A stretch of 64,000 bases of DNA, taken from the IMG/VR virus record IMGVR_UViG_2788500220_000014, positions 37,405 through 101,404 of that record. One strand, given 5' to 3'. This DNA is from a virus (taxonomy: Duplodnaviria; Caudoviricetes). How positions within the stretch are numbered: position 1 is the first letter of the stretch; every line of letters begins with the position of its first letter. The notes under the pieces were generated by a model that saw nothing but the letters and a program-made list of their open reading frames with translations, was not told the origin of the DNA and ran no database searches. Positions 46,521 through 56,209 of the stretch are shown here, piece by piece. The translations under genes were made by a program, and so were the position numbers.

Positions 46521-46880
46521 CTATTTTATCTCTATATTAGCATTTAAATTAAGTGCTAGTGTAATTATATCCTCAACGTCACCTGTTCTATCTTCAGATG
46601 GATAGGCATATATTATATCAGAATTTTGTACGATTTTTCTATTTCGGGCTTGTTGAGACCTTAAGTACTCTCTAGGGCTAGCATCCTCAGGGGGTTTATA
46701 TGGAAGAAAAGCCATTGTCGGGCGTGAGAATTCCTCAGCTGCTTCTGCAATCCAAGAATCAAACCCTTTTTTCTCCCCACCTGTAACTATAATAGTACCC
46801 TCAGGAAGTGAGCTAATGAGCTTTTTTATATTCTCTTTTTCTTTTTTTCTTTCTAAACTTCCAATTATCCCAACGTTCAT
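46521..46880 (-). CDS. SLOG/DprA-like (YspA-type) protein
   Basis: VGIIGS..IVTGG..G.D..ARN..IVQNSD. Confidence 0.75.
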   Translation of the reverse strand: MNVGIIGSLERKKEKENIKKLISSLPEGTIIVTGGEKKGFDSWIAEAAEEFSRPTMAFLPYKPPEDASPREYLRSQQARNRKIVQNSDIIYAYPSEDRTGDVEDIITLALNLNANIEIK

Positions 46881-47224
46881 GCATCGCCCTTTTGATTCAT
46901 CATCATCTGTAAATTTGCTAACTGTAAATTAATACTATCGTTGATTGCAGAAGTTAACTCTTTATTCTTGCTAGTATCTGATGCCTTCATTTCATCTAGC
47001 ATAAACCATAGCGATGAAACCTCGTCTTGCAAATCTTCAATCAAGGGGTTCAAATCATCAAAAATCTTTTTAGATATATGCCTCGATAATGTTGAACGCG
47101 CGGACGCTGATTGTAAGTTTAATTGTGCATTGGCATACTCTAATAGTGATGACTCAATTGATGACTCAATTATATCTAACCTTGCCTGCCTCTCAGCTTC
47201 AAGTTTTTTTTCATTTTCCGACAT
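46877..47224 (-). CDS. coiled-coil hypothetical protein
   Basis: 115 aa. Confidence 0.7.
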   Translation of the reverse strand: MSENEKKLEAERQARLDIIESSIESSLLEYANAQLNLQSASARSTLSRHISKKIFDDLNPLIEDLQDEVSSLWFMLDEMKASDTSKNKELTSAINDSINLQLANLQMMMNQKGDA

Positions 47225-47723
47225 TTTCTTCCCTTAGGGCTGTTTCAATGCCACCAGCCCATTCAATATAACCCATTAAACACTCTGTCATAACTTTATC
47301 ATACTTCTGATCTCGTACAAATAAATCTAAACGATTGGCTAAACGGCGCCCTCTTTTCCAAGCATCAATTTCTTCTGCTATTAATGAAACACGATACGCG
47401 CGCGATCTGGTACATCTTCCATCACCAGATGCTGCATACATTGGGTGCTCTTTTGCAAATTGCTTCCAACCGTTCCGAATTAAAATATGGCCACATTCAT
47501 GTAGCATTGTATAAAATCTTGTCTCTGCATGACTTCTAGAGCAGATCTGTACTTCTAATAGTTCAAAATCAACCTGATCCTCAACATCAGGATCATATCT
47601 AACTGTGTATCCTTTCTCAAGAAGCCAATTAGTAATCTTCTTAATTTGAAAAGCCCAGAAGGACTTAGATAATTCTTGTCCTTCTGGGCTCAAAATAATT
47701 TTGGGATCTGGCATAATTTCCAC
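47211..47723 (-). CDS. HExxH metallopeptidase-like protein
   Basis: LHECGH..EEIDAW. Confidence 0.75.
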   Translation of the reverse strand: MEIMPDPKIILSPEGQELSKSFWAFQIKKITNWLLEKGYTVRYDPDVEDQVDFELLEVQICSRSHAETRFYTMLHECGHILIRNGWKQFAKEHPMYAASGDGRCTRSRAYRVSLIAEEIDAWKRGRRLANRLDLFVRDQKYDKVMTECLMGYIEWAGGIETALREENVGK

Positions 47724-47789
47724 CTATTAATACTATTATACCAGCATAAACCAGTATTTATATTCAACAGATCTAAATAGGTCAAGAAA

Positions 47790-47993
47790 CTAAGATTTAG
47801 TCAATTGATTATCATTTACTTTATTTTTCCACCACTTTTCGAAAAAATAGTGTAATACCGTCATGACGATAGAGAATATTACGGTTAGTTCAATCGACTG
47901 CCTTATCTCACCTAGATATGCATACGTGATGATGGTACCAACAATCAGCGATATTACACGCCAGGTAATGACCTTTGATACATCACCCTTCAT
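47790..47993 (-). CDS. DUF2061-like small membrane protein
   Basis: KVITWRVIS..YFFEKWW. Confidence 0.75.
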   Translation of the reverse strand: MKGDVSKVITWRVISLIVGTIITYAYLGEIRQSIELTVIFSIVMTVLHYFFEKWWKNKVNDNQLTKS

Positions 47994-48217
47994 CTACAAT
48001 CTGCTGCATTATAATATTTGTACGATTTTCCCCTGCGGACGACTGTATAAGGCACCTGGGCAAAGTCTTCGATAATTAACTTTATCATACTCTCATCTAT
48101 ACCTGTCTCATATGATAACTTGTCTAAAGACTTAAACTTCATATAACTTAATGCAGAATTAATCGTATGCCATTGATCTTCAGTCCATGGCACTTTCTTT
48201 TTCTTAGGCATCCTCAC
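47990..48217 (-). CDS. hypothetical protein
   Basis: Operon packing. Confidence 0.55.
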   Translation of the reverse strand: MRMPKKKKVPWTEDQWHTINSALSYMKFKSLDKLSYETGIDESMIKLIIEDFAQVPYTVVRRGKSYKYYNAADCR

Positions 48218-48887
48218 TCCTTACGAACTGACCATCGAACCCACAACAATGATACCTTGTCCCTAAAATATCCCATGTCTTCTTAACATGATGATGACCA
48301 AAATACCAAACAGGGGGCTTATGACTACACACCCTCAATGCATTATCTAGATTACGTGGGGTAGGGCTGTCAGCCCTAGCATACTTCTCCATTGGGACCC
48401 GAAGAGGGGCATCATGAGTAACTACGACATCGGGCTTCTCTAACTCCAGTCTCTCGGCAAACAGCGAAAACTCCTGATAGCTTGGTGTTTCATTTCTCCA
48501 CCAACTCTTCCCCTCGGTACGATGATACCGATCGATCGATTCCGCACCACCAAGAAACAAATGCTTCTTTCCCTCCAGGGTAAGTACAACCCCCCGCTGG
48601 GCCCAGAAACACCCAGGTGCCAGCTCTACCAAGTCCGGATTTCCCTGCTTCTTTGCAAGCTCGGTCCACTTATCCCAATTATCATGATTGCCACCACATG
48701 TAATCCACATAGGTGCATCCTTTGGGCGTTTTGAAAAGTATTTATGGATCTTACATGGATCACCACCCCAACGGGCACCAAAATCACCAACCTGAACCAC
48801 GTGTGATGCGTCATCCTTAATTGCAATTGCGTCTACAGTTGCGACATCTTGTGCAACACCGTGGATATCTCCAACATAATAAATCAT
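48204..48887 (-). CDS. calcineurin-like metallophosphoesterase
   Basis: GDIHG, VGDFG, GNHD, THDAP, FGHHH. Confidence 0.92.
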   Translation of the reverse strand: MIYYVGDIHGVAQDVATVDAIAIKDDASHVVQVGDFGARWGGDPCKIHKYFSKRPKDAPMWITCGGNHDNWDKWTELAKKQGNPDLVELAPGCFWAQRGVVLTLEGKKHLFLGGAESIDRYHRTEGKSWWRNETPSYQEFSLFAERLELEKPDVVVTHDAPLRVPMEKYARADSPTPRNLDNALRVCSHKPPVWYFGHHHVKKTWDILGTRYHCCGFDGQFVRSEDA

Positions 48888-49081
48888 TCTTTCTTTCCGT
48901 CGTTAACTATTCTTAAGTCCCTCACCTTTTCAGATGCGTTTCCGTCGCCAGACCAAAGAACATGAGCCCACTTAGCCTGTGAGCCTAATGTAAAAATATC
49001 TAATATAATCCCTGTAGAGTTTTCATCCAACCCAGGATATTTTAGCTTAACTAGATCTCCTATTTTAGCATTATCCTGCAT
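48884..49081 (-). CDS. small SH3/KOW-like protein
   Basis: KIGDLVKL..GIIL..HVLWS. Confidence 0.7.
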   Translation of the reverse strand: MQDNAKIGDLVKLKYPGLDENSTGIILDIFTLGSQAKWAHVLWSGDGNASEKVRDLRIVNDGKKE

Positions 49082-49268
49082 CGCGTAAATAGCACTCCCA
49101 CTCTTTTGTTGTCGTACCATCAGCCCAAAGAACCTCATATGAAGCCTGCATCTTGTTCGTATGAGGGCGATGATTCTCATTTCGAATAAGAATTAATCCA
49201 GGCTCGGAGCGAGTCGTTGAATCAAATACTTTAGGAGTGCTAAATAAAACTAAATCACCCACTTTCAT
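49071..49268 (-). CDS. small SH3/KOW-like protein
   Basis: MKVGDLVLF..YEVLWADG. Confidence 0.75.
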   Translation of the reverse strand: MKVGDLVLFSTPKVFDSTTRSEPGLILIRNENHRPHTNKMQASYEVLWADGTTTKEWECYLRDAG

Positions 49269-49627
49269 CGCGTATGTACCTGTATATTTCCGGTTTCATA
49301 ATCAATTAGATACCGATAGTGCGTAGTACCATAATGATCATCAAACCAATTAGACTCATCAATTACATAGGGTTCATTATCATCTAGGAACTCTGTAGAG
49401 GGTGGAGTAGGTTCTGACGGGATCTTGTCATTCCACCTCGGACAGTGAAAGCTTCTAATTCCGCCCGTTGCTTGGGCCCTCAAAATCAAAAGAGACAAAC
49501 ATGTCGTCGTATACTTGTCTAAATAGTCTTCAATTCTACCTGATATCGTTGAGCCATCATAATGCACATAGCATCCATTAACCCTGCCATCTGGAAACTT
49601 AATCCCTATTACTGCATGAGTACTCAT
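49265..49627 (-). CDS. conserved phage hypothetical protein
   Basis: MST.A.IG..YVHYDG. Confidence 0.75.
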   Translation of the reverse strand: MSTHAVIGIKFPDGRVNGCYVHYDGSTISGRIEDYLDKYTTTCLSLLILRAQATGGIRSFHCPRWNDKIPSEPTPPSTEFLDDNEPYVIDESNWFDDHYGTTHYRYLIDYETGNIQVHTR

Positions 49628-49956
49628 TAAATCACCCCAAGCCGTTCCAGTTCAGCCTTGACAGCTTCACCAGCTTCGAATGTCATAGCCAGGTTTGGGT
49701 TGTCAGAGCATATTGCACGCGTTACCCAAAGTTCCAGAAGTGTACACCATGCAGAAGGTACCTGCTCCATGGGCATAAACTGATCTAGATATGCATGGCC
49801 CAGGCCTTGGGGCATATTTGTATGTGGGTTATTCAAGTAGCAGATGTCGACATGTCGATCATTATCATACACTTTAGTAATAAGCACTGGGCCGGAAAAC
49901 ATTACTGCAGTACCTGAATAGCGACACTTATCAAAAACAATATCACCGACTTTCAC
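49627..49956 (-). CDS. small SH3/KOW-like protein
   Basis: VKVGDIVF; first gene after promoter. Confidence 0.7.
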   Translation of the reverse strand: MKVGDIVFDKCRYSGTAVMFSGPVLITKVYDNDRHVDICYLNNPHTNMPQGLGHAYLDQFMPMEQVPSAWCTLLELWVTRAICSDNPNLAMTFEAGEAVKAELERLGVI

Positions 49957-49992
49957 TGATCACCTCTTGCTATTTTCCTCATCAACATGTAT

Positions 49993-50021
49993 ATTATACC
50001 CTGTGTAGAGAAAATTTGCAC
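49993..50021 (-). promoter_or_regulatory. phage promoter GTGCAA-N17-TATAAT
   Basis: Conserved motif. Confidence 0.75.
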
Positions 50022-50036
50022 GAAAATGTTTAATAA

Positions 50037-50444
50037 TTAGTCAGAAATGCCAAGCCAACCAGTTGGAACATGGATACACTCACAATCCTCATGAAGCCGA
50101 ATAAGCTCTTCTTCATCATCATCATGATGCCTTAAAGACCCAAGCCGCTTAATTGTATCTGCTTTCCATTCACCGTTTGTAAAATGGATACCCGAAATCT
50201 GGCCAAAGATACCTTCACTTCTTAGAAAATCAGAAACGCGAGGGGCATCATGGTGCCCTACTTTTTCGAACTTTTCATGACGTGAAGTAACAATATGTAC
50301 TTCATTCCCCATATCTAGGTGAGCCTTAAGACATTGAACCATCACAAGATTTGGGCCCATATGAACAAAATCTTCATTCTCTTCATCCCATCTTGAGACA
50401 GTAAGTGTTTGATCAAAGTCAAATGTAACTAGCATAATATCCAT
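50037..50444 (-). CDS. HAD-superfamily phosphatase-like protein
   Basis: FDFDQTL, IVTSR, K, HDDD. Confidence 0.85.
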   Translation of the reverse strand: MDIMLVTFDFDQTLTVSRWDEENEDFVHMGPNLVMVQCLKAHLDMGNEVHIVTSRHEKFEKVGHHDAPRVSDFLRSEGIFGQISGIHFTNGEWKADTIKRLGSLRHHDDDEEELIRLHEDCECIHVPTGWLGISD

Positions 50445-50461
50445 ACCTTTCTTATAAATCT

Positions 50462-50490
50462 ATTATACCAGGTAATATTCGAATTTACAC
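50462..50490 (-). promoter_or_regulatory. phage promoter GTGTAA-N17-TATAAT
   Basis: Conserved motif. Confidence 0.75.
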
Positions 50491-50700
50491 GAAAGGTAAT
50501 TTATGATTAATTTGATAATTAACCTTATTTTTTAATTGGTTGTATGCATTGAGCGATCAAACACCTAAAATATCATGGAAAAGAATTGGTAGATTTAGCA
50601 AATGGGCACTAATATTATTCATATTATTTGAAATATCTCAAATGATTATTGGTGCATATATTGGTATTAAAATTGCCTTAAGCGCTAGCGGAATCACATT

Positions 50701-51315
50701 TTAAGATTTCTTAAAATCCCCCATTAGACGATCATCTTTCTTAAGTTCTTTACCTAAATTCCCAAGATCATTTTGAACTTTTGAATACGCAAATGAAGGA
50801 CGTGCAAGAGAATCACTGTATGGATCGAAGTGCAGTTCTGGGGCATCGTCATCGACAAACCAAAGTTTTCCTGCATCTGGACTATACCTTGTCGTTATTT
50901 CTTCGCCTGCCTCTATTTCTCGCTTTGTTCGAAAAATTAACGCATTATACCCAGATCTTTTATCTGCCTCCTTAGATCTACCAGGAAGTTCATTTTCTGA
51001 AATGATGTCCCAAAAAGCATTTGGTTCATGTCGGTGATTGTATATGCCAGACCACCCTAGAGGAAATGCAATCAGGCCGGGCCCGAAACCAAACACATAA
51101 TCCATAAAAATATGGCGTGTGCCGGCTGCGCAACAAAATTCATTCAATGTATGAAGTGTATCAACATGGGCAATTACAACCGGTGCAGATTCAATAACCT
51201 CATGTTTCGGAATTTTTTCAGTAGCGAATACACCAATTCCATGAATATCTGAGTCACGAATTTCAAGTTTATGACTAATAAACCATTTTTTGACTTCTTC
51301 TTTTTCGCGAAACAT
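50701..51315 (-). CDS. SET-domain protein-lysine methyltransferase
   Basis: S.IHGIGVFA, YNH..PN, I.AGEEIT..Y. Confidence 0.9.
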   Translation of the reverse strand: MFREKEEVKKWFISHKLEIRDSDIHGIGVFATEKIPKHEVIESAPVVIAHVDTLHTLNEFCCAAGTRHIFMDYVFGFGPGLIAFPLGWSGIYNHRHEPNAFWDIISENELPGRSKEADKRSGYNALIFRTKREIEAGEEITTRYSPDAGKLWFVDDDAPELHFDPYSDSLARPSFAYSKVQNDLGNLGKELKKDDRLMGDFKKS

Positions 51316-51319
51316 TAGG

Positions 51320-51517
51320 TTACTCCAACCGCATCAGATCTTCAGCTCGGTATACCTCGCTAAGACCGGTCTCATCTAACTTTATAGTTGCCAAAAACCT
51401 ACGATCCGTAGTACCTCCCGCGAACCACGTATTAACAGGCTCCTGCTTTAAGTCAATAACAACACCAGTCTTAGTCATGCTTCTAAAGGGTGCAACCTTA
51501 TCACCAATTTTAATCAT
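51320..51517 (-). CDS. small SH3/KOW-like protein
   Basis: MIKIGDKV..GVVID. Confidence 0.7.
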   Translation of the reverse strand: MIKIGDKVAPFRSMTKTGVVIDLKQEPVNTWFAGGTTDRRFLATIKLDETGLSEVYRAEDLMRLE

Positions 51518-51566
51518 ATTTAGCTCCAGCTTTTATTAATATTAATAAGCCTTGCCGATATTGTAT

Positions 51567-52394
51567 TCAGCCCTTAGTATTAATATCATCAATATTTCCT
51601 AAAAATACCAATAATGCTGCATGTGATATAGATAATGATATTACCGGAAGACGACTATGTACAGCCTGAACTACGCCGACAACTTGGCCCCTAGAATTAA
51701 CAATCGGTGAACCTGAAGATCCTGGAGCTGCGAATAAAGTATACATACCTAATGCGCTTTGATTTCTTGGTGTGCCACTAAAGTACCCAGAAAATAATGG
51801 TAATGTCCCTGGGAATCCGCGTTCAGAACTTACACTCAATGGATTCCCAGCATACCATACCATATCACCCCATGTGGGGGCACTGGAAGAAATACTCAAA
51901 ACAGGAGTACCCCTTGGTACATTAACGGGTAAGAAACAAACATCATTGCCAATATTGCATTTAGGTGATCCAGCTAATTCAAGCGGAGGATGATTTAATC
52001 TTATAAGGTCAAAGGATGTTGCTGTAGCAACTACACCCTCTAGTTGATCCGGGTCATGAAAATCGCGAGGATCCAATATTATTCCATGAGCTGCTGTTAA
52101 GACGCCAGTATTTCCTTGAGGGGTTCGTATAAGAGTACCAGATAATGATACTGAGCCTACCATTTGAGGCATACATGTTCGAAGGTTTTGTGGATCCGTA
52201 CAATTTGATAATTTTATCATCATCATTGTTGTGCGGATTCTTACGAACGAATTTTGAATATTTTCAGTTGATGTAGATGAAAGCCAAGTAGGGCCAGAGT
52301 GCCGAGGTTGAGATGAACGGTGGCCAAGGGTTGCACAAGAACTAATTAATGTTATTGCAACTAGGGCTAAAACTATCTTTATAAACTGTTTCAC
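51567..52394 (-). CDS. trypsin-like serine protease lipoprotein
   Basis: Lipobox ISSC; LTAAH, D, PGSSGSP. Confidence 0.88.
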   Translation of the reverse strand: MKQFIKIVLALVAITLISSCATLGHRSSQPRHSGPTWLSSTSTENIQNSFVRIRTTMMMIKLSNCTDPQNLRTCMPQMVGSVSLSGTLIRTPQGNTGVLTAAHGIILDPRDFHDPDQLEGVVATATSFDLIRLNHPPLELAGSPKCNIGNDVCFLPVNVPRGTPVLSISSSAPTWGDMVWYAGNPLSVSSERGFPGTLPLFSGYFSGTPRNQSALGMYTLFAAPGSSGSPIVNSRGQVVGVVQAVHSRLPVISLSISHAALLVFLGNIDDINTKG

Positions 52395-52483
52395 ATACGG
52401 ATTCCGCGTAAAGAAATAGAATCGATCAAATGACTCCTAAATTTAATTATTAGTTTAGATAATTTTTACAGTAAAAAAAAGGC

Positions 52484-54364
52484 CTATATGCCCTTAAGAG
52501 CTAATTCTTTAATCGTATTAACGGATTTTCCGGTTTCATGAAGAATACCCAGGCCTCCTGCAGCATTCCATGTGCTAATCGTACTAGCTTTATCATCAAT
52601 TAAAATATTTGAAATACCAGCCGTAACAGCATACTCGGATTTCATTTTTGCAGAACGAACTATTACCTCTGAAGGAACTGGGCTTAGCCACTTGGTAGTC
52701 CACTGCTTTTTCCCATCTGCAGCCGTTGGAGCATCAATTCCATTACGCATATTGATAGGTGCAGTAAGTAACTTAACATCAAATCCAGAATTATTAATAT
52801 ATGACCATAATGCTCCGATACCGTCGTCTAAGGGTAGAAGACTAGCAAAAAAAGCTCCAGGTGCAAAACTAATTGCCGCATACATCAATGTACGTACAAA
52901 GGGTAAGTTAAGATCTTTCTTTGTTCGAGGGCGCCAACGGGGTCCTGAAGTATCATTTATATTTCTTATCGCCCTTCGCATAGACTTAGAATTCTGAACC
53001 CAGTCGGCACCTACAGTACCATCTAAAATCTTGCTGCAAAGCTCAATAGCACCGGTTTCAAAATCAACCAACACACCATCCATATCACAATATATTGTTG
53101 ACTTGGGTGTTATATCAGGTTCCCTATTATTATTTTGCTGTTGTTCATGCTCAAGTTCTTCGTTTAAAATAGACCTGATTAGGGCACGAACTTCTCCTAC
53201 TAATGTGCTATATGCTTCAGCCTCTGCATCATTCATTGCCTTACCTATGGCCGGCCCCTTTATCCCCTGGGCCATAAGATCCTTAGGATTAACTGCTGGT
53301 GGTGCATCGGCAAACTTTAGAAAAGCCTGGATGATGGATTCCGAAGGTGCACCCATAACCCTTGAGTACTCCTTAACCGTCGTCAACTGAATATCGAATC
53401 GGTTGTAATCTTTCTTAAGGGACGGTGCTGACTCCTTTGATATAGTTCCAAACCCGAGTAAGAACCGAATTGCTTTTTGTTCATCATTCGAGTATGTCAT
53501 ATTCTTAAGAACTGTGGAAACGGCGTCCTTAGAATTGTAGCTAAGGATTGCTGCAATTTGTGCTATAGGGTCGCTCGTTGAAGCCGGCATAATTTTTATA
53601 TCTAATCCAGGAAAAATCTGTCTAAATAAGCCTAACTCTTTTGTTAAATGCAGAAAGTGATTTACATCCTTGGCGGATGATATCCCCTTTATAAACTCAT
53701 CCCTAATTCTTTCAGGTGAAACTTCACTCAATGTATTGTCATTAAGAATGGCCTGCTTAGTCTCTGGATCTAAATCGGATCCCATTCTGCCGGCGAATCT
53801 TACGGCACGCAGAATTCTTAGGGGATCCTCATCGAATCTCTCGGCCGGATCGCCAACTGCCTTAATGACCCCATTTTCAATATCGCTTATGCCACCGACA
53901 TAGTCAACCACCTCACGTGTATCCATATCATAGAAGAGTGCATTGATCGTAAGGTCTCTTCGATTGACATCATCCTCGATTGTCGTAAACTTCACAGAGT
54001 CCGGACGTCGGCCCTTGCCAATATCTTCTCTAAATGTTGCTATCTCATATTCGCCACCCGCGCGCGTCTTCACCCTTACAACACCAAATGATTCACCAGT
54101 TAAATCAAGTCGCAACTGGCCTTGGCTCTGTAGTATCTGGATAACCTTATCAGGGACGGCATCGGTTGCCAGGTCATAGTCCTTCGGTGTCTTACCAAGC
54201 AGCACATCACGTACGGCACCACCAACAACATATAATTGTTTTCCGGCACCCTTCATTCGTTTATGAATATCCTGCAAGTCAGCAGGTATTGGCAGATCCA
54301 TGGATTGTCTCACCGGTTCCTCCAGCGTCATTGCTTCTCTTATGTAAGCATATAATATATTCAT
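52484..54364 (-). CDS. cca: CCA tRNA nucleotidyltransferase fused to 5'(3')-nucleotidase-like HAD domain
   Basis: VGGAVRD..KDYDLAT, RRDLTINA, EDPLRILRAVRF, ERI; C-terminal YCDMDGVL..LIDD. Confidence 0.9.
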   Translation of the reverse strand: MNILYAYIREAMTLEEPVRQSMDLPIPADLQDIHKRMKGAGKQLYVVGGAVRDVLLGKTPKDYDLATDAVPDKVIQILQSQGQLRLDLTGESFGVVRVKTRAGGEYEIATFREDIGKGRRPDSVKFTTIEDDVNRRDLTINALFYDMDTREVVDYVGGISDIENGVIKAVGDPAERFDEDPLRILRAVRFAGRMGSDLDPETKQAILNDNTLSEVSPERIRDEFIKGISSAKDVNHFLHLTKELGLFRQIFPGLDIKIMPASTSDPIAQIAAILSYNSKDAVSTVLKNMTYSNDEQKAIRFLLGFGTISKESAPSLKKDYNRFDIQLTTVKEYSRVMGAPSESIIQAFLKFADAPPAVNPKDLMAQGIKGPAIGKAMNDAEAEAYSTLVGEVRALIRSILNEELEHEQQQNNNREPDITPKSTIYCDMDGVLVDFETGAIELCSKILDGTVGADWVQNSKSMRRAIRNINDTSGPRWRPRTKKDLNLPFVRTLMYAAISFAPGAFFASLLPLDDGIGALWSYINNSGFDVKLLTAPINMRNGIDAPTAADGKKQWTTKWLSPVPSEVIVRSAKMKSEYAVTAGISNILIDDKASTISTWNAAGGLGILHETGKSVNTIKELALKGI

Positions 54365-54367
54365 TGT

Positions 54368-54397
54368 ATTATACTCCTGAGAACTGAAGATTTACAC
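54368..54397 (-). promoter_or_regulatory. phage promoter GTGTAA-N18-TATAAT abutting cca start
   Basis: Conserved motif. Confidence 0.55.
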
Positions 54398-54399
54398 GA

Positions 54400-54645
54400 T
54401 TAAATCCAGATTTTAATACAGCCATAATTTAAAAGGCTTTCAGATCTATTTACATCATATTGATCTAGTATCGATAAAACAATTTTCTTCATTTTATCTG
54501 AATTACCGGTGATGATATAAGCTTCCTCTAATTTACTCCAATGATCTGATAGAAAGTTGTGGCACTTTGCCTCTACATCCTCATGATTTGTACCATGAAG
54601 ATCAAGGGAAGGGGCGGGACGCTTCTTTTTATTTTTTCTTGCCAT
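54400..54645 (-). CDS. Smr/MutS2 C-terminal domain protein
   Basis: LDLHG..IITGNS..N.G. Confidence 0.88.
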   Translation of the reverse strand: MARKNKKKRPAPSLDLHGTNHEDVEAKCHNFLSDHWSKLEEAYIITGNSDKMKKIVLSILDQYDVNRSESLLNYGCIKIWI

Positions 54646-54976
54646 AAACTTTAGCTAAGCCCTCTTCTAGAAGCCAGTTGTTAATCGAAAGCTCTTCTTC
54701 ATTTTCATTAATGAATATCTCACCAAGCCAGCGGCCATACTTCCCACGCTTGTCTTTTGTAGTTTTTACCTTAACCCATTTATTTCCTATTTTTGCGCGA
54801 AGGGCATCCCTAGACTTAAGACCCTCTGGCCGCTCGGGACCTCGGACCTCTGGAGTATTAATGCCCAAAAGCCGAATCTTCTGTCCTCCTAAAGTTATTC
54901 CAAACCCTAGATCAAAATCGACAGTAATGGTATCACCATCATAAACTTTGCGAACAAATGCTCTATATTCATACAT
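54629..54976 (-). CDS. thermonuclease (SNase-like)
   Basis: VYDGDT, IRLLGINTPE, GKYGRWLG. Confidence 0.92.
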   Translation of the reverse strand: MYEYRAFVRKVYDGDTITVDFDLGFGITLGGQKIRLLGINTPEVRGPERPEGLKSRDALRAKIGNKWVKVKTTKDKRGKYGRWLGEIFINENEEELSINNWLLEEGLAKVYGKKK

Positions 54977-55054
54977 GATAATATTTTCCTATAGTAAAAA
55001 CTGTTTGTGATAATCTTTCATGAAGACTGGAGGCGGGCCAACTCCTGACCCGTA

Positions 55055-56209
55055 TCATTGTGCCATTCCTAATATAAGCAGCAATAATAAGGGCATGCCT
55101 ATTACAACAGCTAATAATACCCAAACCCACAATTTAACTTTCTGTTCAGGTGCCTGTTCAATCTTTTTAGGAGGCTTAGGATCTGGGTTATCTATCAGTC
55201 CCCACACTTCTATCATGTGACCATTCCTTGGGCCTGTAGGCGGACATGAATTTGAGCGCATGCGCCAAAAATCATTATAGCTCATTAATAAATACCCGGG
55301 AGGTAAATCCGGATCATTGGATGGAAGAAGCCCCCAGCTGTTTTGTATTATGAATCCTTTCTTATTCCATCCGATGATTGTCATAGCATGGCCGCCTTGC
55401 CATACACCTTCGCCTTGTTGGGCCCAAAAGTTTGAAGATGGATTGATTGCCCATACACCCCTATCCACTTCAACATTTGCATAAACAGAGACACCGAGGA
55501 GAAGCGGGCCAATTTTCATAAGTGCATGTTTAATACGCTGACATGCATCCCACCCCTTAGAGTCTAAAATTCGTTTAGGCAAATCAAATTGTACATACAC
55601 TTGATTGTTGGTTTCATTATAGAACTTTGTACGAAAATCTTTTGTTAGCTCTTGCCAGCCATCAGGCCATGCTTCTAGGGGGACAAATGGATCTTGCCAA
55701 CCATCGCTCATATCCTTGTCCGTCCAGTCTTTGTTGTATTCAAATATTCCAGGCGTTTCTGATCTACTTTTAATGACTTCCCATACATCCTCTGGACAAG
55801 GCATACCATACTTTATTGCAATCGATGCCGCCGTACGACCAGACATACCGGCGCTACACAACCACCTCTTAACACCTGCAATCGATTCGGTCATATATTT
55901 CTCTTGACCAGCTGGCCCACGTAGCAAATAATGTGAGACGGGAGAATACTTTACATATTTTCCTGTATCTCGCTCTTGTTGGATTTCCCTAACCTTCGTT
56001 ACAGCATGAGATGCACAGGAACCCCATTTTAGCTGATCTAAGACATCGTCATCAATCGATGAAGCAAAATACTCAATTGGAAACTCTTGATCGTCAATTA
56101 TTGCATAATCGGTATAAGAATAATCCCTAGTATCTTCAGAACTTGGCACAGTTCCTAAAAATACCTGTTGCCCTGTAGTAAGAATTGATGTTTTTGCCTT
56201 TTGGGTCAT
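55055..56209 (-). CDS. C1 papain-family cysteine protease with C-terminal TM anchor
   Basis: DQ..GSC, GGHAM, QNSWG. Confidence 0.9.
   Translation of the reverse strand: MTQKAKTSILTTGQQVFLGTVPSSEDTRDYSYTDYAIIDDQEFPIEYFASSIDDDVLDQLKWGSCASHAVTKVREIQQERDTGKYVKYSPVSHYLLRGPAGQEKYMTESIAGVKRWLCSAGMSGRTAASIAIKYGMPCPEDVWEVIKSRSETPGIFEYNKDWTDKDMSDGWQDPFVPLEAWPDGWQELTKDFRTKFYNETNNQVYVQFDLPKRILDSKGWDACQRIKHALMKIGPLLLGVSVYANVEVDRGVWAINPSSNFWAQQGEGVWQGGHAMTIIGWNKKGFIIQNSWGLLPSNDPDLPPGYLLMSYNDFWRMRSNSCPPTGPRNGHMIEVWGLIDNPDPKPPKKIEQAPEQKVKLWVWVLLAVVIGMPLLLLLILGMAQ

Noticed and set aside
45215-54364. Cellular chromosome origin suggested by dnaJ and cca
   Set aside because: No housekeeping operon context; embedded among phage-type miniproteins and tagged genes
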